DNA of 64,000 nt from the human T2T-CHM13v2.0 reference genome, Homo sapiens. The notes under the pieces are model-generated. The model searched no databases. It had not been told where the DNA came from and was given only the letters and a program-made list of their open reading frames with translations. The stretch is taken from the NCBI RefSeq assembly GCF_009914755.1, contig NC_060941.1. One strand, given 5' to 3'. Both the position numbers and the translations under genes were made by a program. This document shows positions 1 to 13,038 of the stretch, piece by piece (positions within the stretch are counted from its first letter, which is position 1; every line of letters starts with the position of its first letter).

Positions 1-2339
1 AGTTAAAAGCGGACTTAACATTCCAAAGGTGAACAGCAATCCAGCCTCGAGGCTGAAGCCATTCTTATGCCTCTGCCAGCCAAGGCAGAGACAGATAAAT
101 AAATACCATCACTGAGCCAGGCGGCACAGCGCGACCTCCAGGCCCGCACCCCTCTCAGGCATCCTGCCTGGCCGGTCTACCTCCTTCCAGAAGCAATGAA
201 TATTTCCAGCATGGAGCAGGAGGCAGGTCAACAAATGCTGCTCTAAACATCTTGGTCAAGCTTGCTGTGACCTCCCATCCTGCCATACACACCTTAGGTC
301 ACAGGCAGCCTCCTCTCCACACTGCCACCCTGCAATGAGGGCCACCCCCTCTGGAAACTACAGGGGGTCAAAAAGTGGGAGGTTTGTCTGTGTGCCCCAC
401 AATCCAGGCAGAGAGGTCCAGGGCAGAGGGGACCTTTGAGGGGTACATGGCACCCTTCGAAGGCCTCAGAACACGTCTGCCTTTACAAGCTGACCACAGC
501 CACCAACACTTAGTCTTAGGAACCCGACTTCTCTCTACCTATGAAGGTTTTCTGCAAGGTTTTGTCTCCTAGAGACCCTGCCCCATCCCAGGCCCTGCCC
601 GGCTGACCATCCCCCCCTCCAGTATGAAGAGTCTGCCTGTCCTGATCCAAGACAGGCAAGGACCAGACCCTGGAGGAAGGCAAGTGACATTGCAGGGGGA
701 CAAGCAGAAAAGTGTCTGAGGAGCCCAAAGGCCAGGCTCTCCTGGGACTGAGAGCAGCAGCTCCGGCTCCAGGAACACACAGGGATGCACATGGCAGGAA
801 CTGGGGCTGTCACGAGCAAGGCCAAGTGCTCTCCCTGGGTGCTGAGTTTCTTTGATCACCAGACCTGAGAAGGGCCCTTTTCCACAGGGGCCTTGGGACT
901 CCTGACTGCTGCCTCAGCATGAAAGTGTCCTGTCTCCCCAGCTGAGCCCCTCTCTGGGAGGCAGGTCCCCATCCCCTGGGCCTTCCTGCTGGGGTGTGCT
1001 GCTCTCCCCACATTGTGTGGGCACCAGCACTATCCACTTAGCACCTCAACCCCCCGGGGCCTCTTCACTCGTCTCCCAGGGGCTCCCCTAAAAGCTACTT
1101 GCTCCTGAGCTCCAATTGTAATCAAGTCCCAAAGCAGCTGGGTTTAAAGACACAATTATGCATTATGGATAAAGGGCAGGTCACCCTCCCCCGCCAGCCA
1201 GCTGGGCATCTGTGCTTGCCCCACGGCTCCCATCAGAGGCTCCAGCAGGCCTGTCCCCTCCCCTGGGCACACAGAGCAAGCCAAGGCGCCCCTTGGTGCC
1301 CGCAGTCCCAGGAGCCGAGCACGGGGCTCCTGGCTGCAGCCGCAGAAAGGCCCTCTTGCTGGGATCCCACTACAAATTGATGAACGCTAATGACCTGCTT
1401 CCTCCATCTGGTACCACAATCATGAAGATGCTCCCAAACGCTGGGAGTTGGGGGGTATTCTTTTTTTCTTTTCCTTTTTGCCTTTTTTTCAAATATTTAT
1501 GAAGAGATTTTCCATTTATCCTGACACGTCTTCTCCACCGTGGGTGTCAGCTAGGAGGGCTCAGACAACAAACTCCAGAAGGTATTTTCCCCAAAGCAGC
1601 ATCTGGCTCCGTTGGCAAGTACAGCGGGTGGTTTGCTGGGAATTGGCCGAGGAAGAGGGAGGAGGAGCCACAGGCTGGCAGCCTCCGGTCCTGGCTCTGT
1701 GATGCTCCCAGGGATGGGGCTGGAGCATCCCAAGAGAGCAGCCAGGATACAGGACCTCACAGGCACCCCCACCAGCCTCTCTCTCACTCTCACCCTTCAA
1801 GTCTTCTGGTCTGATGCCAAAGCTCCCCAGCTCCCCAGGTAAACCACCTGGGTGGTGACCAGTTCTCCACGGCAGCCTCTAAGAGTCTTCTTCAGCGACA
1901 ATTCCCAGTGGGACAAGTTGGTAAAGGAGAGGGTGCTGGCTTGGCCCCTGCATCTCAAGCTCTCCCCTCCCAGGAAGCCTTCTAAAGGCAGAGCCAGAGG
2001 CCTCCCTCATTCTCCCTGATGGGCATTTCCCACCTTTGGGGACAGTGTGACCCACACCGGGGACAGAGAGAGTTGGCTGGGCAGCAGGGCTAGAGGTAGC
2101 AATAAGAACCTTATGGAATCTCCCAGGTCACACCAGCTTAACTGCTGTCTTCTGTACTCACTGTGGCAGAGCCAGCCAAATGGATCCAGGAACCCCCAGC
2201 CCCACATTCCTTGATAGTTACCAGAGTCTGAGCCAGGCTGTATCTGCCAAAGATGAATTCTGGTGAAAATCAAACACTTTCCAGGAGATCTTGGGTCCAA
2301 AGGCATCATGGCTTTGTGCCCTTGATCTTGCCTGGGCTG

Positions 2340-2480
2340 CCCATCAGCAACCACTGGGGAGCTTCAAAAAATATCAATGCCCAGCCCCACTCCAGCATGG
2401 TCAGAATACCTGAGAGTGGGGCATATATTTCTAAAATCTCCCAAGTCATTGCCAAGGGCATCCGGGGTTGAAAACTATTG
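2340..2480. mobile_element. Probable MER5A-like (hAT-Charlie) DNA transposon fossil
   Basis: GGGGAGCTTCAAAAAATATCAATGCCCAGCCCCAC...GGTTGAAAACTATTG resembles MER5 consensus segments. Confidence 0.5.
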
Positions 2481-2848
2481 AGCTATGGGAAGACTATGTC
2501 CCCTGGACACAGGCAGTCCTAGACTGGAGTCCTTGCTCTTTCACTTACTTGCTGTGACCTGGAATCAGTTACTTGCCTTCCCAAAGCCTCAGTTGCACCA
2601 TCTCTAAAATGGGGATAACAACATTTTTCTTGTCCTAGGGTGCCCAGCACATGTAACTGTTTAACAAAGTCAAGCTGCTATTAATCATCTTCCATCACGA
2701 ACCCATCTTCCAGGACAAGAGACTGCTGGTGTTGAGTATGCAGAGCAGCCCAGCAAGGCAGCCGGCCAGGCAGCTGCTTCCAGCCATGCACAGAACTGGG
2801 ACCTTGGAACTGTTACCTCCCTTACCTGCAGAACAGCCTCAAGGTCTC

Positions 2849-2927
2849 ACCTCTGGGTACCAAGGCTGCAAGAGGGCAATTCAGTCCTTACCTCTGGGTA
2901 CCAAGGCTGCAAGAGGGCAATTGAGTC
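2849..2927. repeat. Tandem duplication, 41-bp period, ~2 copies
   Basis: ACCTCTGGGTACCAAGGCTGCAAGAGGGCAATT starts at both 2849 and 2890. Confidence 0.9.
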
Positions 2928-2982
2928 ATGGGCCATACCACTCCCCAGGTGATGACACTCCCAACAGATACAGCACCAGTCA

Positions 2983-3630
<648 letters not shown>

Positions 3631-4207
3631 TCTCCTTGAATTTTTAAAGGATCTAGAGCATTTAAAGTATCTCCTCTAGGAAGCCAATGTGTCTCCCATC
3701 CTGTTTATCTGGAAATGGTCTGCTATCAGATTCAGCTGAGAGTAGAGCCAGATGCGAGTGTTTGAAAACTCACTCTGCTTGGCACCGCCCTGGGTGGGCC
3801 AGGGTGGCATGGGGAAGCCCTGAGGCCCACCACAGTCATGCAGGGAGCAAGTGCTTCTGGGCAGACACCCCAGTGATCCTGCAGACCACTTGAAGAGGCC
3901 CCCAAGGCCCCAGAAGCATTGCTCACTCATGAGTAAATTCGATTTCTTATTTTGTGTTATGTACATCTCCTGGTGACATCTGCTGATGCCAGACCATCTT
4001 GCCTGGGTCAGCAGGGCACCAATGTCTTCTTCAAATCTCATGGCAGCTCTACCAAAGCAGGTGCCACTCTGCCAATGGATTGCTGGGATGAGTGGGCCTG
4101 GAAGAGTTGAGTTGCTTGCCATAGCCCTTTTTGTATACCACACTTTGCCGCCACTTCCTGGACAAGAAAAGAATTTGAAGAGAGTTTTGGCAACTGACAG
4201 CAACGAT

Positions 4208-4720
<513 letters not shown>

Positions 4721-5019
4721 AGCAAAAATTTCAATAATGTCTTCATCCCCAAGAAGACCCACATAGGTTCCAAGGAGACAATATGAACCAATAGGGAGGG
4801 CTCTGCTAAAAGGGGAAAAAAAACAACAACAGTATTTCTGGATTAGATAAATTAATGGGTCTGTATTACGAAGGGTGCTGGAGTCCAGTGACATCAGTGG
4901 TTGTTGGCAGTTGAGGATAAGCAGTAGCTTCAACTTAGTTGTCAGGGAGTATTAACGAGCAACATAATAAAAGTTATTGTTTATTTAGTAAGTATTTAAA
5001 TCAAAATTATAAGCACAGG

Positions 5020-5225
5020 TTCTGTATACAGATCGCAGAGGTTTAAAATCAGGCAACGCTTGGCAAGCAATTTACCTTCTCCATGCCTTCGTTACCTTTT
5101 GGTAAAATGAGGTCGATAACAGTATCTATCTCAAAGTATTTTGGAAAAAATCAAATAAGTTAATGTATGGCCAAGCACGTCGAATAGAGCATGATACACA
5201 CAAAGAGCTCAGTAACCATCAGCTA
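5020..5225. mobile_element. MIR-like SINE fossil
   Basis: Degenerate MIR core (GGCAAGCAATTTACCTTCTCCATGCCTTCGTT...GTAAAATGAGG...). Confidence 0.55.
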
Positions 5226-6603
5226 TTAGCATTTTTGTGTGAATGTTTTCCCTGGGCTTACTGACTCTGCATGATAACCAACGCAATGAGGCCAGTGTTT
5301 GGTTTCCCGTCTTACTGGGGCCCAGAGAGGTTCAGCCACTAGTCCTAGGCCACACAGCTGCAAATGACAACGCAGAAGTGGAAACGCAGGTCAGCCTGAA
5401 TCTGATGACCTTTCCTTTCTACCTCATCAAAAGGCTTTGGAGATAAAAGCAACGAAGACCCAGCAGCTCTTCTGTGACAAGCAGGAATCACGGACATAGG
5501 AGGCAGAGGGCAGGGAGTCAATTGATAGCCTCAATCCAGAAAGATGTCTGCAGTATAGAGCAAGCCTTCCCACCCAGTAGCAAGCAGAGCTCCAGGAGGG
5601 CTGAGACCAACCCACCCCCGACCCCCCAGCAGCCAGGTGAGAGCCCAGGGAGGCTGGAGATGAAAAGGAAGGTGTGGTTCTGAAGGCGAAGGTACCTGAA
5701 CCTCCATGGAACCAAACCTTTCATTCAGCAACCAAGCCCTTAGCAGAGTTGCACATAAAACGCGCCCTCTTCTTCCAGCCCCTGCACCAGGCTGTTATAT
5801 TTTAGGAATTAAAAGCTCCGCTCTGGTAAAAGCACAAATGACACATGTTTGCTGAAGAATGTGCTGTCACTGACCATCCTCCCCGCCCCCTCCCGCACCT
5901 GTTTTCAAACGTTTCAGCCTCTGAGTGCAGACGATAGCCTCCTCGGGGTTCTTCTCAACCCTTTGAGAGTCTGCTCAGTTTCAGAGGCCAGCTGTGGACA
6001 AAGGAACCTCTCGGCCTGTTTGTCCTGTAGAGTGTTTTGAAAAGAATGTTCTCAGAATAACCAGCTGATGCTAAAGCGTGCTGGGCCGGAAGCTTTGGCC
6101 AAGCCAGGCCGTTAATATCAACATGCTCATCAACCGGGCTAGTTCCAGAACAGATTCTAGCAAGAGAGGCCGCCTGCAGGGCACAGTCCATACTGGGATC
6201 CGGTTTGCAAACACACAGGTCTGGCTAAGCCCACACGGACTTCACTCACAGTTCACTGTGTTGTTTACTGTTTAAGGGTACTGGGTTTTTCTGCCATCAC
6301 AGTAAATGGAAAATGCCCAGGAGAGGGTAGCAGCCAGAGGCCAGAGGCATCTCAGAGGGGCCACTGGGTACCTGGGTCAGGGGCTGGCCCTCCGCCCTCC
6401 ACTCTGGCCAGCATTAGGGCAGGTGCTGGGGGTAATAGCCAGGAGGGAGGAAGAGAAGGGTGGGCTCCCAAGGCTGGTAGCTTCTAGAACCTGCCTGCCA
6501 TCAGCCCAGCTCACTCCTATCTGCCCAGGAAATGGGGAGCCTTCTCCAAACCCCAAACTCCAGACCCACTGCCAACAGCTTAAAAAGCACAGCTGTTTCC
6601 TAA

Positions 6604-6952
<349 letters not shown>

Positions 6953-8916
6953 TGACTTTGATCATCATTTGAACTTGATTTCATCTGGATAAATATGTGA
7001 GGAGGAGCAGGGGAGGAAGAGATGGGCAAAGAGGCCTCTGTGCCCTTTAGGGAGTGGGGTGCAGTGTAGTAGCAGATGGAGCCCAGCTGTGCTCCAGGCA
7101 GAGCTGGGTTCAAATCCTGGTTCAGCCACTTGCTCTCTGTTTAGCTGCGAGTTCACCACTTACACAATGGGGATAAAAGTGTCCTCTTTATGTGGTTGTT
7201 GTGATGGATAACTGAAAGGAGAGACTCAATGACTGGCACCCAGAGGACACTCACGAAATGCTATCTCCCTTCTCTCTGCATTTCTAGGTCCTGGCCTGGC
7301 ATGGAGATGGTGAGTGTGCCACTGTTTTATCGCAGCTGAGCTGGAAAAAAAAATGCTGTGTATCCAGCTTCCATCACCTTGAATAGGATATCCGTGATAA
7401 GCAAATGAAACGGAATAAACTTGAATACATAAAGCCATGTAGCATTTTCTGATCTCCCTCAAAGGAGTCTACTGAAATACTGAAGCAAAAAAAAAAAAAA
7501 AAAAAAGAAAGTCATCCTTGCAGCGTGCATAATCTGATGGAGGGGAGGCTGGTAGGACCCGGATTTCCAGGCATTCTTCTTAAAGGCTGAGCAGGCTGGA
7601 TGGGTTGCAGATAAGCCTCCACACCGAGCCGAGCCCCGGAATCTTCTGAGCCTCATCCCCAAGCCTTGGCTATAGAAACTAGAAATCATGCTTTGTGTCA
7701 GTTCACCTGAGATCTCACCCAGGCTCCTCAAATCCCCTCACTAAGCCTTCTGAAATCACCAGAACCATCTGCTTTGGGTTCAGAAATGAGATACTACAAA
7801 AGTTGACACACAAAGGTCATTATTTCTGGAGGACAAAGGGGTAAAACAAAGCTTTTCCTAAAGGCTTTGGGAGCTACTGCAGAAAGCGACTGCGTTCCCC
7901 TGGCTGGTGGAGGGCCTCTCCCGTCTTCTCGCCCGGGCTGCAGATGGCAGCCAGCTTGGCCACTTGGACGTGCAGGTTATGCAATGTGAGCATCCTAATA
8001 CCGTCTTCCCCTCCCACAGCCGCCACCCGGCTGCCTCACCCTGGAGCTGGGATTGTCCAGGGCTCTGGGCTCATTAAGACTCTGTCTTCACAGCCAAAGT
8101 AAAGTGAAGAATTGAGGTAATTACCTAAATGATTCAGTAAGGAGGAAAGACACCACCACGGGTGGAAAAAGATAGTTTGGGAGACTGGTCCAAGTGACTG
8201 GCAAATATCGCCACCTCCTCAGCTGGCAAGGGAGGTAATAATACACGTTTACTTGTTCACACCCCCAGCAGTAACATTTATATGGGCGGTGGGGGGCAGT
8301 TCATGGTGGGAGAGGATGCCAAGTGTCCAGTCTCTCCAGAACAAGACCAGTCCAGGACCTCCTCCTAGGCAAGAGGAGAGCACATCCCTCCCTTGATTCT
8401 GGAAGCGTCACATGGGAGAAACTCCAGGGTCCTCAGGCAGCAGTTAAATACTGTCATTTAGAGTTCTGTAATCTGGCTGAGCAGAAATTTCCAGATTTAA
8501 ATTGTGCTCACCCAGGCATGATGAATGGTCTCAGCCAGTCTTGGGTTTGCTCCAGCTCCCTGTGCCGGCGGTCAAGTCCTTATGCGACTCCACAGTCTAC
8601 ACCCTCATCACCGCAGGACCAAGTGCAGCTGCCAGTGGGTGTCCGCAAACAGAAAGGCAAACTGCGGAGCTCCCGTTGGGGTCCCCCTGAATTAATAGGT
8701 AATAATAATGACACAGCCCAGCAGTACTTAACAATGGCAAAGAGGCTGTTTAGCGTCCTTGGAAAAACTCTGGCCTTGAAGTCACTGAGATTTGAGCTAA
8801 GATCTGACCCCACCATCCTCCAGGTGTGAAACCTGGGGCAAGTTACTCAGGTCTCTGCACCTCAGATTCCTCTGGTGTTGTCAGGGGGTGATAAGTGAGA
8901 ATTAACAGTGAATGTA

Positions 8917-9222
<306 letters not shown>

Positions 9223-9327
9223 TTAAAGTGGATGTAATATATGCTTCCTAGACAGTGTTGGGCTTACTGTCTCTAAAAAAAGGCAGAAAAGCCAGAATTT
9301 ACTGCCCAGTCCACAAACGGTGGCTAA

Positions 9328-9642
<315 letters not shown>

Positions 9643-9668
9643 CAAGGTTGCTTTTTTTTGACCCTTGA

Positions 9669-9999
<331 letters not shown>

Positions 10000-10631
10000 T
10001 AGAGAGGTATCCTTTTCCCAGGTGGTTTCGGCTCATCCAGATCACCTTGCTAATTAGTCCCGGAGCCAGCATGAGGTGGTGACTGACTTGGCTTCTGGTC
10101 CAGTGCATTCTCAACTCTCCCACACACTTTTCTGCAAGTGGAGGAGTGAGAGCTGGTCTACCAAGGTTCTGATGAAGGAAGATTTTGGTTTTGTCTCCCT
10201 TGGGATGAACATGAGGACTGCTTGCTTGGAGGAGGGACCCACCACCTGTCATCTCTGCCATCTAATAGGTGATTGGGGGAAGCTGCTGCTCTCCACCCCC
10301 GAAGATCAGGTTCATGCAACTTACATTCATTTGTTTCTCCCAAAGTCCCTGAGGAAGGCTGCAAGTAGGACAGGGTGGAGGGGGATGTTCCTGAGTAACC
10401 CAGTGGCTGGCTCAGGATATGGATTTTCACACCATGCTTTGTGGAACCCGGGGTCTAGAGAGGTGCTTTGGGGGCTGCAGTGCGTGTGTGGGTGGGTGAG
10501 TACCAGTGCCCTGGGCCCCTCATTCAACCAGAGCCATGCCAGCCCTTACCTACAAGGCTAATTGGTAGGAGACCTGGTTTGTTTACATTGCGCTTCCATT
10601 TATGATTTAATTTGAAACAATGATTTGTTAG

Positions 10632-10715
10632 AAGAGGAAGAAGAAGAAGAAGAGATGGAGGAAGATGAAGAGGAAGAGGAGGAGGAGGAGGGGAGGAGGA
10701 GGAGGAGGAGAGAAG
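10632..10715. repeat. GAA/GGA purine-rich simple repeat
   Basis: (GAA)n and (GGA)n runs visible. Confidence 0.85.
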
Positions 10716-12706
10716 AACTTGGGATTCATTTTCCTGGAGTTTCTGAGAACAGAACCTAGACTTAATCCTAGTGGCTGTTAGGGTTGGAGGTGGGTAACCC
10801 TGTTCTGGGTCAGAGCAAACCATCTCACACCTTCTGGTCCACTTAGACATACATTGGGCACCTGCTGGGTGCAGAACTCCAGATCCGGTGGCAGGTGGGT
10901 TAAAGTAAATTAGAGATGATGACCCTCGTCCTTTGTGACTTGGAAAGCAGAATAGACACCCCAAGGGCAGAAGGGGCCAACAATCACTGTCACAGCCAGC
11001 CTGGTCCTCAGGCTCTGTCACCTTGTGATGTTTGTTTTTTCCCTTTATGTATATGATCTATTCCTCCCAATCAGACTATAATTTTCCAAGTGGCAAGAAA
11101 CAACTCTCACTCAGCAAACATTTGCTAAGCCCTTACCATGTATGCCAGTCACAGGAAAGGCTCACAATCTTGTGGGACAGAGAACAGTGATTTCAACACG
11201 GGGAGTGGGGACCAGGGAAGGTGCCACAAAGAAAGTTAAGCTTCGTCTTGCAAGAATAGCAGCACTCCCTATACCTTTTTCCATATCCTGGGGTCCAGTG
11301 CAGCCAGGGATGCCAACAACAGGACCACCTGGACATGTCAAAGGGCGCTGCACCTCCTGATGCTGGGCTCTGAGAACCTCCTGGAGGGAGGGGTTTGGAG
11401 CTGGGTCTGGAAGGAGGAGTCCGGACCGGCTCCCTGGAGAAGGGAGTGTGTCCAGGTTGGGATCACGGCCAGCAGCAAAGGCAATTAAGTGAAGCCAGCA
11501 GGGGTTGGGGTCAGAGGCTGACAATAAAGGCCAGGGGAGGGAAAGCCGGTTAAGCTCGAGCAGAGCAAAAGGCAAAACGAAATAAAGGCATTGCGAAAGG
11601 TTGGGAGAGAAAGGGAAAAGGCTGGCGGGTGGAGTGTTGGAATCTAACACAACTGGAGTGTCCCTGGACTCTAGCAGTAATAGACCCTCAGAAATGTGAG
11701 CACAGAGGAACGCCCCATCTTCAATCTCAGCCTTGCCACCACTCTAGAAAGCAGAGACCCTGTGTTCTCCCCAAAGGACTTCTCGCTGTCATCGCCCTTC
11801 TCCCTCAACCCCAAGTCAGGGTCCTTCCAGGCCCTGCAAGGGGATCTGGAGGAGCAGGAACCACCTGGGTTGGGGTGGGGCCTGGCCCGGGCCTGGCGTG
11901 GCTTGCAAGGTCTGGCAGCTGTGTCCCACATCTGGGGTTTCAGGAATTCTGACCTGAACACGCACTCCCACACTCACCTTCATCACCAGGTGAACAGGCA
12001 CAGAGGGGAAAGGAGGGACACACCCACCCACGCCCTCCTCCACAAATTAAAGAATCCGCAGGGCCGTCGGAGGGGAGGCTGGATGTCCTGGGCGGGTAAG
12101 AGAGGTGGCTGGAGACGCGCTTTCCCTTCGGTCCTCCTGGGGAACACTTCCCTCGGCTTCCTTCACTCCAATAATGTGAATGAACTCTGGGAGGGAGAGA
12201 GAGCGCGCGCGGGCGCGGGGAGGGGAGGGGAAGGGAGGGGAGGGGAGGCGAGGGGAAGGGAGGCGAGGGGGAGAAAATCCTGGCTGGGGAGAGAGGGGAG
12301 CTCAGAGGAGCGCACAGCCGGGCGGGGGCCGAGGCTCGAGGGGCGGCGCCGAGAGGAACGGGGCGCGGACCCGGAGCGCGGCGGCGGCGGGGGAGGCGCG
12401 GAGGGCGCAGGGCGGAGGCGCGGGCCGAGGGGGGAGGGCGAGCGGAGAGGGAGGAGCCCCCGGCCGCCGCCGCCAGCCCGCCCGGCGGCCGCGCAGCCCG
12501 CACTCGTCGCCGCGCCTCGGAGTTTGAGCCCCAGCGCTGCCGGAGCGCAGGCACGCCCGGGGCGCGGGGTCGGAGCGCGCAGCGCGGCGCCGCCCCCCGG
12601 CCCTCGGCCCCCCAACCCCGGCGCCCCCGGAGCGGCGCGCGGAGGGAGGAGGGCGGGCGGGCGCGGCGGGCCGGGCCGGCGGGCGGCGGACTATGAGGCG
12701 CCCACC

Positions 12707-12926
12707 ATGGTGCGATGCGACCGCGGGCTGCAGATGCTGCTGACCACGGCCGGAGCCTTCGCCGCCTTCTCGCTCATGGCCATCGCCATCGGCACCGACT
12801 ACTGGCTGTACTCCAGCGCGCACATCTGCAACGGCACCAACCTGACCATGGACGACGGGCCCCCGCCCCGCCGCGCCCGCGGCGACCTCACCCACTCTGG
12901 TCTGTGGCGGGTGTGCTGCATCGAAG
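12707..12926 (+). CDS. CACNG4: First coding exon (220 nt, ends phase 1) of calcium channel gamma-4 subunit / TARP gamma-4; partial CDS, remaining exons not seen in window
   Basis: Strong Kozak context CCCACCATGG. Translation [73 protein letters not shown](G) matches the recognised CACNG4 N-terminus. It has TM1, the TARP TDYWLY motif, N-glycosylation sequons NGT/NLT and the claudin-superfamily GLW..C motif. It is followed by the donor AG|GTACGG. Confidence 0.97.
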
Positions 12927-12952
12927 GTACGGCCAGCCCCGACCCCTCGCCG

Positions 12953-12953
<1 letters not shown>

Positions 12954-12994
<41 letters not shown>

Positions 12995-13038
12995 ACACGC
13001 GCGCGCGCGCGCGCGCACACACACACACGCGCACACAC
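12954..13038. repeat. Compound microsatellite (CA)n-(CG)9-(CA)n
   Basis: 85 nt of uninterrupted purine-pyrimidine alternation, with (CG)9 at 12998-13015. Confidence 0.95.

Noticed and set aside
825-846. REST/RE1-like sequence AGTGCTCTCC-CTG-GGTGCTGAG
   Set aside because: The half-sites are separated by 3 nt rather than the canonical 2; too weak to call without ChIP data.
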